A DNA stretch of 64,000 nucleotides from Eukaryota sp. TZLM1-RC (Eukaryota > Protista > Metamonada: BaSk clade), in assembly GCA_040285825.1 (NCBI GenBank), contig JAUPSS010000011.1:755658-819657 (forward strand). The letters run 5' to 3'. Below the pieces are notes generated by a model. It saw only the letters and a program-made list of their open reading frames with translations. It made no database searches and had not been told where the DNA came from. The translations under genes and the position numbers were made by a program. The stretch's first letter is position 1, and each line of letters starts with the position of its first letter. Of the stretch, positions 40,201 through 54,715 are shown piece by piece.

Positions 40201-41939
40201 TTCAGATCAGACCTTATTACTTTGAAACGAGTTAACAGCTCGTGACGAAGATGTTTTCCCTCTTTTATTACGTAATGGATAAATAATTCCAACTGCTGTG
40301 AAGATAATGACTGATTACTAGTACCCAATTGATTGACAATGACCATAATGTTGTTGCCAAATATTTGTTCTATATTTTTTGGGTTTTATTCTGATCAAAA
40401 TTTCAATCAATCTATTCCATTCTTTTTGACGTTCATTTATTTCTACAACTTGTTCCTTTTTGCCATCTTCTGCATATGTATTTGGAATCTTTTGAAGAGT
40501 ATTGCGTAATTGCTTAAATTCAATTAAAAGTTTGACCACTGAGATCAACCAGTTCTTGATTCCTACATCATAAATATTATTGCTAACAACAAAAAGTTTT
40601 TGTTGAAAGGAATGAAATTTGGAATAATTGGAAACATAGAGGTGAGGTCTATTCAACCAATATTTATTTTTCTTAATTCAACATTTAACCATCGCTCTCA
40701 AAATTTCAAATGAAATGTTCTTGTGTGTTGTTCATAAATGCAGTTTCCATCCCTTTAATACTGTAAAAAATTAAACATTTTTCTAAAATTCTAGAAATTT
40801 TATCACCACTGGGAGAAATCAAACCTTCGGGAAGAAGGGGACGGAAATGAACAAGGTAAACTTTTGCCATTTTCCCTCAACTCCAATGTTTTTTGATTGA
40901 GTCTAGAAGTGTTCAATGTGAATAATTATTTGTTTTGCTCAACAGTGAGTGAGTCAAAATTTATATTATTTATGTATTCAATAGACAATTCATTAATTTT
41001 TTGTTGAAAATAAGAAATAGCAATCACTGCAGCATGAATCAATTCGTTACCAATTTCCACTTCATTTTCATCAACAGCTTCTCTTAATGAAACACGAAAA
41101 TATTTTTTGATCAGTAAGTATGACTGAAAAATGACGATTGGATCTGTGCTATTAACAAAATTTAATATTTGTACTTCAAAAATCATTGTTGGAAGCCACA
41201 TTTAACAGTTTTATAATGGTTGAATTGTAATAAATATTAGGTTCTTGGTTTTGTGAAATAAGTGACTATAACAGTTACAATTTCGCAATCCCGTGAACAA
41301 TATTGTGTCAATAGAGCAACGTCAGTTGAAATAATCATAAGAAATGGAAAGGCCTTTCCATTTCTTATGAATTGCTGTAACCATTTTGTTTTGTTTTTCA
41401 AAAAAAAGAAGAAAGATCACAAAATGTCACTTAAGCTGGAACACAAGAATGTAGGTGTGGTTTGTCGAGTCATTTTTCTATTGTTATGAGTTTACATAAT
41501 TTTGGGATTTTTATTGATGCTTATTGACTTAGTTTTTGTTATTGGTGCAGATTTGGAAAAGCTTTATTAGGGTCTTTTTTAAATATTGAGAACAATTCTC
41601 TTTATTTATGGTCTTTAATCTTAAATAGATAAACGACTGAATAATCATTTTTTATTCAGTTTTTAACTGTTTGAAGTTGATTATGGTCAAGAAAAGTCTG
41701 ATGATGTGTGTCTGTATAGTCTACATGTTTTTGGTTCTTTGTACTTATTTATTTATTTATTTTTTTGCTTATCAAAGACATGTGCTGCTATTTAGGAACA
41801 AGCTACCAATACCAGCTTTGTTGGAGTGTCTGATCAATGTATTGTCTTTATTAATTTCCAAAGCAAACTTTAAAGGACGTCTGGAGAAGGGTGATCGGGA
41901 GGTGAAATTTCATCATTGAAAACCAGATCACAATGATGT

Positions 41940-43040
41940 AACCAATTTCGTGCTACCTCATTCCATCCAAATTGGTCAAACAGTATTTTTGTTTTAGTGT
42001 AAAAACCCCTTATGAACACTAAAAACCAGAGGAACAATATGGTTAATTAAATTTAATTCTTTTAAAATTGAATATTTTGAAATTTTATCAGAATAAGCTT
42101 TCGAAAAAGCATCATTCCAATTATTACCATAACCTCCAACTATAGTAACATCAAAAGCAATCTTAGTTGACGTTTGAAAGCCATCAACACGTAAAAACTG
42201 ATTTACACCAAATTTAAATTCTTCTCAGCTTCGAAATTATTTAATTCATTAATAAAATTATCTCCTTCGTCATGTCCCAAACACATGAAATCATCTTCAA
42301 CTGAAAACACTTCGGTTTTTGTCAAATTTAATTTCAAACCAATTTGCTTGAAAATTAATTCTAATTCATTCAATAACAACTCAATATTGACTTCTTTTTG
42401 ACAAACAATATAAGTATCATCTAAATAACTTTTAACTTCGACACCTGGATAATTATTTAAAAATGATAATACGTGAATAGTACCAAGTGCATATAAAAAA
42501 GGTGAAATTGGATCACCTTGCTTGACACCAGTGTTTGATGGAATAACCTGATCATAAAAAATTAAATTTGATTGTTTCCCATATGACCATTTAAAAAAAT
42601 TAACTAAATTGGGAGACTGATCACACAACAACTTGTATAAATGCTTCCGACTTAAACTGTTAAAAGCATTTGAAATATCTAAGCAAATTACTTTGTTAAA
42701 ACATTTTGCAACTTTCTTCAGTCTTAGTTCATGAATAATTTTTTCACTACCTCTTTCAACTTTGACACCATATTGATCTTCATTTGTCAAAAATGAACAA
42801 TCAACAAAATTAAGTAAATATTTAGATGCTATTCTGTAAAAAATTTCGGAAATAGCGATTGGTCTAACGCCATTATTTGGTTTTGTTAAACCTATCAATT
42901 TGGATGATAACAAAACAATTGATAGAGATTCATCCAAAGTACCATTGATCATATGATCTACCAAATACATTAGAATATCTGCTAATTCATCGTTAATAAT
43001 TGAAGGAAAATGAACTAAGCGGAAACTAGTTAAACCTGCT
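41940..43040 (-). mobile_element. Family A RLE retrotransposon with RT core and internal deletion
   Basis: GVRPIAISE, DISNAFNS, GVKQGDP, SYLDD, CLG fused directly to HDE..INELNNFE and an RLE region similar to 2270-2600. Confidence 0.88.
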
Positions 43041-43199
43041 GTATGTGTTCGTATATGCCAACGGTAACGTTGAATATCAATCCCCTAGTTGTAAAGATTT
43101 TTCATAGCACGGACATCTTCAAACTTCTTCCAGACACAGTTTATCTTGTGTTAAAGCAGGATGGTAAATGGATTATTATAAATGGTAAAGATAAACTTG

Positions 43200-43925
43200 A
43201 AATTTAAAAGTCTCCATTGAAAAACTGTACATATTCAGAATTGTTAATTTTGCAAATCTCATTCGTTGAAAGAACCAATAAAAAAGATCCAGCTTTAGGC
43301 AAACACTGATGGCTGAATTCTTTGTTGAAATTCTCATCCAAATGAGATTTCCTATTGATCAATTCATCTCTATCAATTGTGTTACACAAACTTCATTGAG
43401 CTCTTAAAGGTAGTTTAGTTAATTGTAAAGAGTCAACTAAAGGAGTTAAAAGTGTAACACAATGTTCTATTGAAAAACTTGAACACTTCAATAACCTTTT
43501 AATGTTTACAGGGCAGCTGTACAAAGATACTGAGTAAGCGAACACAGAAATATCTGCTAAATTTGTAAAACCAAGTCCACTAAACTTAATAGGTAACGAG
43601 ACACAATTTCTTCGAAAATCGTCACGTGAAACCATGGAAGAACAAATTCCAAAATTGAGTAAGAAAGTTGTTCAAAAAAGCTGGAATTGTCGCTTCGGGT
43701 TGGAGAGTTCTGGTAAAGTACATCAATTTTGAATTTATACAATATCGGAAAAACAAAAATTGAGTTTGGAGTCCTTCCAATGAACTGATCACTGGTTTTT
43801 CATTGATATCAATGTAACTTTTAACATAAGTATATTGTCCATCAATAGATCCAATAAAATACCCAAGAGCTTTGAAACTGTGCTCATCTTCTTGACCAAT
43901 TTCAACGTGAAATCCTTTTTTGGAG
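43200..43925 (-). mobile_element. RT-thumb fragment (family F)
   Basis: SLPIKFSGLGFT, RYCINSKL; inverted match to 50190-50690. Confidence 0.75.
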
Positions 43926-45581
43926 ATTAATTTTTGAAAACAGAACCGAAAGCTTATTTAAAACAAAGTTCAGATCAGAAGCATTGCCTGAGCACAGGTA
44001 AGTGTCGTCCAGGTAGGCATATGAGGTAGACCAGGTGAGCGGTGAAAACTATCATGTGAATTTACTTTGTGAGAATAAGCATGATCTATGTCTACCGTTT
44101 GAGGAGAGAAATCCGTAGCGTCGGATTAAGCGGGGATTAAGGGAAAGTAATTGTGAGTGTCTAAGGAAACGTCAGTGGAAAGTAGACCGGATGATGTGGG
44201 TGGGTGATTAGAGGAAATTGGTGAAATGGAGGAAGAGGTCCTCTCTCCCGTACCGAAAGCTGGAATTTGGTCAGAGGAAGAAGCCAACACTAGATTTCGG
44301 ACAGCCGTTACCGTCGTATGATCCTGATTGAGAAGTTTTTTTAAAAGATGTTTAATTTGTTTCTCTTTTGTGCAGTCGCAACTGGAATCTGGTACATAAG
44401 ACAAACACTAATTCGCACTTGTTTCAATAATTAACAAACAATAATATATATTTTCATTGGAAAACACTGAAGAAGAAACACCACAACATTTATTTTTTTA
44501 AATTTTGTAAAACGTTAATAAACATTCATTTTAAGAATAACAATGTCAAAACTATGAAATATTTATTATGAAACTCAGAATGAGAAAAAAATTTCTGATA
44601 AACCCACTTCACAAACTTTCTGCAAAACAAGGACGTCTGGAGATTTCACCATGCTTCCTTCTGAATTCAAATTGTTACAAAAGTTTATAGTTCCATACAA
44701 ATGATCACAAGAAGTCATAAGAAGTCTGCAGGAGAGCTTTACTTCAAGATGAGTGGCAACAAGTACCCGAGAAGTCCATTTTCAAATCCTGGGTTTTTGT
44801 TAAAAAAAGCTGGTGATACTGTGTAAATTGTGCTCCAAGAAATAATCCAAGCATGAAGACTGTGGTCCTAGTAACAATGAAATTTTGATGCTTTGACAAT
44901 AAATGTAGCTTCTACCTGCGAGGATGTTGAAGTTGTTGTACCTGTAAGAGAAGTAGGTAAACTATATAAAGTGGTGAATGAATCCACGAAACTTGGAATA
45001 CCAAGTTTTAGTGCTTTATCATACTGTCAACTTTATCTCTTAGTGAGGTTTTGTTGTTATTTCAATTCAAAATGGTTGTTTTAAATCTACTTTTATTAAT
45101 TTTATTTACAGTATGCTTAACTTAATCGTGAATCATACTGGAGTAATAACATTATAATTAAATCACGCCTTACCAGTTGATATTTGGCAATGACTCCTCT
45201 TAAGCCACTTCCTCATCTTGCACTAAAAACGTACACTCTGTCCCTCAAGAACCTGATGTTCCTGAATACCTCCATCATGCTACTCTGATTACCGACCGTC
45301 TCCTGGGACTCCAAAGTACCTTGGAAGATACCCCTCCTTCATTCACTGCTAAGTAGATGATCTACGTGACAAGCCAGACAAACTATACGGCTACACAAAA
45401 ACAATACTATGATGACATGATCACCTTCTTAAAGAGGCAAGTCACGTTTAGCTACTAAATTATTAAGTAGTATTAGTTTTCAACATACAACTGTGGTTAA
45501 CATTCTGGTTACATTTTGGTGTGAATTTTTTGTTTCATCAAATAAATCCTTCACCACCAACCTTTTATCTGTACCACTCAT

Positions 45582-46694
45582 ATGGGAGGTTTTTTTGACC
45601 TTCTGTTACATGGAGTCGACATACAAAGACTCGCCAGACGACCTTCTGAGGATACTAAAAGTCGAGTGGTCTATACGCATCTGTTTTTAGGGGAAACTCA
45701 AGAAATTGTCGCCCGTTTCTTCGGAGTGCATCAAACTTCCGTTACTCGAAGGGTGGGAAAGTATTTTGAGCTACTGAATAACGATCCCCACAACAATGAT
45801 CCCACTGCCACGGACATCTATACAGGAAATCTTCGCCGTGTGATCGCAGTGTTTATTTTTACCACTTTACAAAAGGATCCACTACTTGATCTAAGAGAAA
45901 TTAGATCCCTCGTATATCATTCCTTTAATTTGACTGTTAGCTCTTCAACCTTACTTGTCGGCAACCGCTTTTCTTGTAATAAAGCACGTTGGACTATGAT
46001 ATTTTCCTTTGGATTAAACCGGATTAAACGCTATATCGGAGTTACTTTCACACAAGAACTGGTATTTATTGATGAGATAACGTTTCGCCCAGAACATTAC
46101 GACAGAACTCATGGCGAAAGTAAATACACCATGTGTTTCTCCATCAAAGTTAAAGGTAGAGCAGCACAGTTTGGTCGATGCAATTGATCAAAATGGCTAC
46201 CCTTCCACCACATCAAAGAAGGACATTAATGCCACCTCGACTTCGTATCTTTTCTTCAGGAGCTAATATCTTCCGGATTTTGTTATACTGCCGGAGGACC
46301 TTGGTCAATTCTTATATTGGATGGATGTAACACTCATATCTCACCAGATCTTATCCAAGGAGGTAGGAAATCTAGTCTGTATTACTTTATACTGCCCGCT
46401 AACTGTCCTGAAAGTAACCCTATTGAGGCGTTCTTTAAGGTTTCCCGACAGAGGGTCCATGATTTTACCCATAAACTGTTTTGTGATAATCTAATCCAGC
46501 AATACTGTTGCTTTAATATCATTCAAACTGTTTTGCCACAGATTTTGCCACAGATTTTGCGACAGATGAAGATCGATTGTCGAAGACTATTCAGTCATTC
46601 AGGTTGGAAGCAGAGTAACTACTTTTTGTCTCCAAACATGGATCCATCACGTAGTCAATTGAATATATTACTTAAATTGTTTTATTGCCATTAA
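45582..46694 (+). pseudogene. IS630/Tc1-mariner DD34E transposase, disrupted
   Basis: HTH (QEIVARFFGVHQTSV), LVFIDE, LDG-34 aa-E (LPANCPESNPIE). Confidence 0.85.
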
Positions 46695-47389
46695 TTACCA
46701 TCATCACTACATTCAATGGAGGTCTTTGTTTGCAGTATCTTCAGCTTGGCGAACTCTTTTAAAGTGTAGGGATGTCGGAAGCAGCGATAGAAGCAAGAGT
46801 TAGGAAGAGTTAGGGTTATCTAAGAGGGAAAAGAAGTAAGATCGACAGAATTACGGCAACAGAAAACAAACCAGTTGAGCACCTCTTTGCCCAAGTGTTT
46901 CAAGCAGATTCCACTGCTGTTAAATCAGGATTTGCTGCCTTCAGATAATCTATGGTGACTTTGTTCGTCACCTTTTCTTGTTGAGCGTCGATAGGAATGC
47001 TATATATACTTCTGTAGACATTGCGGGGGTTGAGCTTCACGCCAAAGGCAGCAATCTATTTTTCACTGTATCATTCATCACAGTATGTTTGAAGGTTACT
47101 TCAAGTGCGGCAGACGGCTGTTGTTGCACACCTTGATTTTCAGCAGTGATCGAATAGAGCTGCAGGAAGTATCTCGCTACATCATTCTCAACCAAGCTAG
47201 CGAGTTCGCTGGGGTCATAGAAGAAGGGCAAACCGGTGTTCAAGAAAGGTTTACCTCCCTTGTCAGCATAGAAATTCACATCAACCTTAATAGCGGACAG
47301 TTGATTGTCTGATTCGGGACTTTCATGAAGGGAAAACATTTGGTGTTGATTTGGTGTTCAAGAAAATTGATGCGTTATAAGTGAAATAC

Positions 47390-47697
47390 AAATTGTATAC
47401 TTTTGTATTTTTTATTTAAAAATTGAATTTTTCTATTTGATGTTATAAATTTAAACAAGTTAATTCAAATAAATTCCGAATCAATTGAAAATGTAATCAT
47501 GTGCCTTATTAAGGTAAGTAAGTATAACACATAACCTACCATCGTTATTGACATGCAGTTTCATACAAAGTCAAATCATTAGTGACACCTCTTATACATA
47601 TAAGAATTGAAGCAACTCAATCGATCACACAACTGATCACACCGATGACCACTGAAACGACTCTGACACCACAATTAGAATGACAATTATTCAGTAG
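47390..47697 (+). repeat. Isolated diverged copy of the 461-bp monomer
   Basis: Colinear matches AATTGTATACTTTT, TTAATTCAAATA, AATCAATTGAAAATGTAATCATG, TAACACATA, GCAACTCA, ACACCACAATT. Confidence 0.75.
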
Positions 47698-47730
47698 GCG
47701 CCAACAGTAGGGTAAAACTAACCTGTTTCT

Positions 47731-49648
47731 GATCTGTTTCTGACTTGAAACATCAATTAACGATAAAACCTCGTCGTTCTGCTCGTCTCAGCGAGAGATC
47801 TTCAACCTCTGCGCCTGTAAGAACCAACAATGCTATAGCAGCTTCAGTTTTGTCAAAGAACAGACGCAAAGTCAGCAACACATCTGCTTCTGCATCTGGG
47901 TGCGTCAGCGGCGTTTCTCAGACAGGTAAGGGGAAGTTCCAGCCAGAAGAAGAGAGTAAGAACAGTGGAACAGGTCCTCCTGTGAGTGTTTCCGTTTCTA
48001 GGACCGTCTCCGAGGTACGTCCTGGAGAAACTCATGCAAAAATAGATACTAGGTGTTCAAATAAGCATAAAAACCCTCGAAAATTGTCCGTCTTGGCGCA
48101 ACTGAATGAGAGAACCAATACTGTGGTTGATCCCACCACTTCCCACCACCTCCACGTCCTCCATCTCCACCTTCGTCTTCACCTCCATCATCATTTCCCT
48201 CTTTTGGTGCTCCTCCTCGTCCTCGTTCATATTTCTCTGTTTCTGATGATTCTATTGCCCCTTTCTCAGAGGTTGAGGAATCGAGACCAAAATCCCCCTC
48301 TCATAATGATTCTTTAGGAGAATCTTTTGTCGAAGTAAACGCCAGTTCTATCCAGTTTCCTGTTTTTCCTGTTTTTCCTGATAATGGAAATTGTTTCAAA
48401 GCTCTTGGTTCTTTCATTGGCACTATCGCTGGTCAAGAATCTTTTTTGAACGATTACGTTAAAACAAAAGTTCTACCTTTGTTCGATCATCTTCATGGCT
48501 TGCCCCTACAAACGAAGATATTGCATCAACAGCAAATTAATGTATTTTTTACGCACATTAGAACCAGAAGCTTGTCTGCCAATTATGCAACGGCTTTTTC
48601 AATATCTTATTCAATTCATTTCATCAGAATTTAAGATTCATTTGTCTGAAAAGGACGAGTATATTCTCGATCTACCGATACGTTATGGAGGGTTTGGTTT
48701 GACTGACCTATCTGCTTTGTGTGATATCGCTTATTCTTTATTTTGCTATAGTGTTAGTACTAACCTCTCTGAAGACTGTTTTACTGTTCCTGCTGCTCGT
48801 GATCGTGCTCTTCTGATTCTGGGTAAAGATGACACTAATGAATATTTTGCAAATGCTTTAAAACCAAAAACTCAATGGGCATTGTGTAATATTATTCATG
48901 TAGAATCTGTTTCCAAATTGAAGTCAACATTGTCACCAACTGAGCATAACTTTTTCAAGTACAACACATTGCCTTTTTCTGGTTCGTTTTTGACAGTTTG
49001 TCCTGCTAACACATTTTCTGGCTTCAACGATTCTGAATTCCGCTTTTTAAGTCATCTCCGGTTATTGAAACTTGTAGACTTGCCCATCTGCTCGAATTGT
49101 GAATAATTTATTTTAATTTTTATTTTTAATTTTTATTTTAAGAATATTGCTTCTGCCCATTCGATGAATTGCAATCGTACCTCCAAAGCCGTGATTGGAA
49201 GACACGATCGATGCAAAATGTTCCTAGGTAAATTGCTAAATTGCTCTTTTTCGAGGTGACTCAATGGTTGGAAAAGCTGATTTTTTGTTAAGAAAACCAA
49301 CCAGGTTTGTTGATGTAACCGTCATCGGAGGACATGGCCATGAGGTAAACCTTGCTCTTCAAGCAGCCGTAGTACGAAAGAAAACAAAAGATGCTAGCCT
49401 TGTGAAAGATGGTGTTGTGAAAGAAGTTTGTTCCATTGTTTTTTTCTATTTTGTGAGGAATTGAAAAGTTAACACTGAGAGAGTTGAAAGCATGGAAGTT
49501 ATGGGCATTTTGTCTTGTAACGTCGCCAAGGGTTCATATCGTTGTCACTTGGCATATGAGTCAAGTAGTAGAAAGGTGGTGCCTGTGCGGAACTGGGTTG
49601 TGTAGTTTAAATTTTGCAAATTTTAGTTCTTCTTTATTTCTCAATAAA
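47731..49648 (+). mobile_element. Internally deleted RLE retrotransposon (family G) with both ends
   Basis: TSD AACCTGTTTCT at 47720-47730 and 49649-49659. Ser/Pro-rich N-terminus, thumb (LPIRYGGFGL), CSNC..H..C, RHD, KADF..FVDVT, AATAAA. RT core absent. Confidence 0.85.
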
Positions 49649-50138
49649 AACCTGTTTCTAGTTACAGACTTTTCTCTTACTGCAAGAGGAAATGCTTGGT
49701 TGAATTTTCAAAAAATAGTCAATTTTGTTAAAGAGGAAAAATTAATTGATTTAAAACAATTTTTGTTTATTCTTGTACAAAAATCTCAAGCATATTTTTC
49801 ACAAACAAATAAGTTGAAAGAAACAATTGTTTTGGTTAAAAGTGGTAATCTTGGAAAGGCTTTTGATTATTGGAACAGAGTGATTCTTCAATCATTAATT
49901 CAATTATTTTAAGAGGCTCCTTGGAATTTTTTTGATGCTTACCAAAATATTCAAAGGAAAATAAATTCAGGAGATGAAGTAATTTTGAATAACAAAATGA
50001 TGGTGAGATCGAATATTTTTGAAAAAGCGGAAATGGAAAAGAGATCTGCTTTAAAAATTTTGTCAAAAATTTAGTTTTTATTTGTATAAGTATTTGTCGT
50101 TTTTGATAACAATTTTTTTATAATAAATACTTGTTTCA

Positions 50139-50750
50139 ATGGCTAATCTTGGTTTAGCAATTAATTTAGATAAAACTCAAGTTTTTCGATCCAAAAAAGG
50201 ATTTCACGTTGAAGTTGGTCAAGAAGATGAGCACAGTTTAAAAGCTCTTGGGTATTTTATTGGATCTATTGATGGGCAATATACTTGTGTTAAAAATTAC
50301 ATTGATATCAATGAAAAACCATTGATCAGTTCATTGGAAGGACTCCAAACTCAATTTTTGTTTTTCCGATATTGTATAAATTCAAAATTGATGTACTTTA
50401 CCAGAACTCTCCAACCCGAAGCGACAATTCCAGCTTTTTTGAACAACTTTCTTACTCAATTTTGGAATTTGTTCAAAGATCTTCCATGGTTTCACGTGAC
50501 GATTTTCGAATAAATCTTGTCTCGTTACCTATTAGGTTTAGTAAAACTTGGTTTTACAAATTTAGCCGATATTTCTGTGTTCGCTTACTCAGTATCTTTG
50601 TACAGCTGCCCTGTAAACATTAAAAGGTTATTGCAGTGTTCAAGTTTTTCAATAGAACATTGTGTTACACTTTGAACTCCTTTAGTTGACTCTTTTTTAT
50701 TGGTTGACTCTTTTTTATTGGTTCTTCCGACGAATGAAATTTGTAAAATT
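50139..50750 (+). mobile_element. RT-thumb fragment (family F)
   Basis: GLAINLDKT, KALGYFIG, RYCINSKL. Confidence 0.75.
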
Positions 50751-50779
50751 AAGGAAAAACACCCTCTCTGCATTGGCAA

Positions 50780-52120
50780 ACTATTCTGGTAACATGGAAT
50801 TGAAAGTTGGAGACGTTGTAGGACACAACCACCTCGATGCAGCTGCTTTCATCCATGTGTACCCCATAAAGACAGATAAAAGGGGGTATACTAAAGGGGG
50901 TATACTGCACGCCTAGACTTCTCTTGTAGTTCCAAAGAATGCACATTTCACGTACTTCCAATGCAGATACTTTGACTTTTATCATACGAACTCTCAAAAA
51001 CCACCATAAATTCTGCAAGGCACTTCGTAAACAAAGAGTACCAGAACCTATTTTGGGAAGATTACTGTGAGATCTTCTACGTGATGTGGCACTGTTTCTA
51101 ACCAAAATCTTTAAAGATCTTGACCAAAAGATCTCCAAGAGTTCAGTTGCCAGAGCTTGACAAGCTGCCCAATATCTTTTTCCAGGAACACTGAAGTCAT
51201 CATATTAATTTGTGGGTCCCTGGTGTCATTAATTGTGCATGAAGAATGCAGGTTTTGTAGCTATCAGCTCTGTTAGTGAAAATGTTATCCACTCCTGTTT
51301 TGTTCCTTTAAAGGCGAGTATTGATGGTTTTCCGTATAATAAGCCGTTTGGACGGAAAACATAACCGCTCGTCCTTTAAGAGTGTGTTGTTAATCGCAGA
51401 AAGTGTTGACGCAATGGGACATATTTTCCCATTGTACTTCGGAGTTTACGGCTCTGAAACAAAGGAAGCATCGAACAGCTTCCAAAGTTGTATGATCGAC
51501 ATCTATAATCTAAACGGAAGAGTCTTTATTGCTAATAGTCAAAAATGGCTAATTGCAACCTTGAAGGAGTTGTTTCCGAGCAATAAACGCTGCCATTGTG
51601 TTCATCATTTAATCCAAAATTATAAGGTGAACGGTGAAAATGGGTCTGGACAAACAGTTCCTTGTTATAACGAGCTGCACGGACACCAATTAAAGAAGAA
51701 TTTGAGCAACTACTAGGTAAGATAGAAGAGTTATGCCCTCAAGGTTATAACTATCTTCATACCAATACCGAGTTCAGCTCTTGGGCTGAAAGCTATGTCA
51801 ATGTCCCAACGTGCGGGCACATCACAACAAACGTATGTGAAAGCATGAATGCATCACTTTTAAAGGAGCGAATGTATCCAGTAACACAATTACTGGAGGA
51901 AATTCGAAAGAAGATAGCTGATTGGTTTGTAGTGAGGCGTTCAGAGGCATGGGAGATGCATGGAACACAAGTAGATGTTGTACAAGCCTTGTTGCAGAAT
52001 ATGATCGGTCAAACTCACACGATGAAATGTACGGTGGTTGTAAAAAAGAGGGTTTGTTCAAAGTATTGAGTGAAGATAAACATCACCTCATCAATATCAA
52101 GTTATGTGAGTTGTAATCTA
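50780..52120 (+). pseudogene. Mutator (MULE) transposase, disrupted
   Basis: LDGKH...LLIA..VDAMGHIFPL..G...E, LKELFP....CVHHL, TTNVCESMNA motifs. Confidence 0.85.
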
Positions 52121-52457
52121 GATTTAGTTTTAATTCATAATGACGTGGCACTTACTGAAATGTTAGGTGCTAGTATAATAAAGTATCTTTTCCCCTTTTC
52201 ACGTGAACTAGCAACAGTGATCACTGAAGCATTTAGTACCCCAGAATCATGGCCCAACCCCCGAACACTGTCATGCCAATCCTCACTAACCTTAGTGTCA
52301 AGGCACTATTGACCTATCAAGACGCTATAGAAATCGCCAAGAAGACCATGCCAGACTTGAAACTCCGTGATGGAATCCCCTCTTCCATACTAGGTGGCTA
52401 TGGTGGCTACTCAAGTTTGCCGAACAGATTAGACCAAAGTCCATCATCAATATCAAA

Positions 52458-54083
52458 TTATGTGAGCGTAGATCTCAGCAATGGAGAGATGGATTGTTTA
52501 ATTTTGTTAATAAAACTAGTTATTCTTTTTTGCCTTCGTATGAAGAAATCAAACTTATTTCTTCTAACTTTTTTTCTTTCACCACGCTGCAAATTTCCAG
52601 ACATAATTGAAGCATATTCAGGCTCTTCCTCAGATTCAGGAACATAAGATAAACTTATTTCAATCAGATACTCTTGAAAGCTCTGAGCGGAATAAGTGTT
52701 AGGAGTTGCTTGAGTGAGAGGAGGAGGGTGATTTAGTCTTCGTTCTTTTGGATTCAGTAGCAGTCGAGAACGTTCAAAAACATGTGCAGAATTTCGGAAA
52801 GAACCAGCAGTCCAACCACAAAGATTGCTGTGGTTGGGATCAATGGCTACAAAAAACAAATTTTCATCAGGATCTCTGTAATTGGGCTGTTGTTTCACTG
52901 GTAACCGCGGTCTTTTCTAATGGAGAGATGAATTGCCGTGTGTTCATTTTCGTTTCCTTTCAGAGTTATGAAATTCATAGTTTTAAGAGGCTCGCCTGGG
53001 CTCAAATTCCGCTTTACTTGGCTTATTATAAGTTTTTCTTTTCTTCTGGGAAAACGTAAACCGCAAGGAATCACCATTTGAAAAAATGGTGTAATTGATA
53101 AATTTGGATTTATGAAAAAACCGAAAAGGGTTGTTCAGAAGCTCTTTGTTTTCATTTAGCTTTGTGAAATAAGCTTCTGCTTCTTTAGTCAAGCAGCAGA
53201 AGCATTGAGACCAACTGGACAGTGGAGAGAGAACGTGCCTTTTCATCACATCAGGGCAGTTATCTTCTAAAAAAGATAAAATATTCAAGCCAGATTGAAA
53301 GATTGTTGCCACAAACACCATATTGATGAGAAATCGTTCGTTTCTTATTGAATTTTCGAACAAATTTTCACCACCACCAATATAGGCGTTGGCTGTCATA
53401 TTGAGCCAATGCACCAAGATATGCTGGTGTATTTCTTGATAACATTGCAAAATTGACTCATCTGGCTGAAACCCTTGAAGTACACAGTCGGCGTACTTCT
53501 TGGGCCAGGGGCAATTTAGAAACTGCGCAAAGCTCTTGAAAAAATTGCGTTTCCAGACAACAGGACCGTCAGCGAGCAACTGACAAAAGGCTTCTCGCAG
53601 TTGGATGGCTCGACTGCGAAGAAGAGTGGAAAGACACCAAAATCTACCACTGTCGGCTGAGGTGGTTTCATTCAACGGTCGCTAGGGCCAAAAGTACTGA
53701 ACAAGGTGTTGCAGCGCTTGGTCAACCAAAGGATGGTTCTCAAATGGCCTCCTTTGTTTAGGTTCTCTTTCGCAAACAAAGTCGAAACAGAGGCTCCAGA
53801 AATGGCTTTGAGTAAGCCACATAGAGTTTTCTGGGTATTGGAGCACAAAGAGTCGTGCTAGGTGAGTAGCATGAGCTCCAATACTAGCAAGAACTTGGAA
53901 CTGGCGTTCCATAGCTTCTTGTGCCTCTGAGTCGAACAACTGGTTGACCGACGCTCCCACAGTTGTAGTTTGTAGAGCGTTATCCATGCCCATCAACACA
54001 GAACGGAAACAGTCAGAAATGATTGAAAATTTGTTTCCTAAAATTGAAATTTTGTTGAAATCAATCAATCTTATAGTTGTCAA
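52458..54083 (-). pseudogene. Unknown protein gene in three pieces
   Basis: 53682-54083 and 52983-53675 are in the same frame, separated by one TAG; coding-like composition; no family recognised. Confidence 0.45.
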
Positions 54084-54715
54084 TTCAAAGTAAAGTTAGT
54101 TACAAGTGTTTATTAATGATACATGTCGTTCAAGATTACCTTCTGAATGTTTTCCTTTCTTCAGACAAGAACTACATGCTACAAAAGTTGGTGAGTGGAG
54201 TTTGGTTGGGTTGTCATCATTCCCCAGATCCGCAATTGAATTTCATTTCATCACTCATACTTTTCGTTCAGCTTTAGTAATTTAGTTTCGACTAAATTTT
54301 CATCTTCCACAACATCCCCTTTTGGAACTCAACAACCTGGACAACCTTCAGTAGTTGCATCTCCATTTGGTCAACAAACAAGAAGAGCATAAAAAAACTG
54401 TTGAACAGTTTGATCGGAATACTTTTGAATTGGAAATAAACAAAATTCATTGTATGTTTGAACAATTAGCTGAACAATTACAAAAGAGCTCCAGTAATCC
54501 CAAAGACAGACGCAAATTTCGAAATTTATGAAAGATTTAGACAAAACTCGACAATCTTTCTATAATAATATTCCGAAACTCCGATTAGTAATATTCATCC
54601 TGAATATTATTAATATTCTCTATTTTATCTCAGATCCTCTCACTGATGAAATCATAATGATTTCCGTTCATTCTGGTTTCTTCAATTCAGACAATATTGA
54701 AATTCTGCAAAAAAC

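Noticed and set aside
53682-53684. Stop-codon reassignment (TAG read-through)
   Set aside because: Other ORFs, including conserved RLE C-termini and the methyltransferase, end normally at TAG/TAA.
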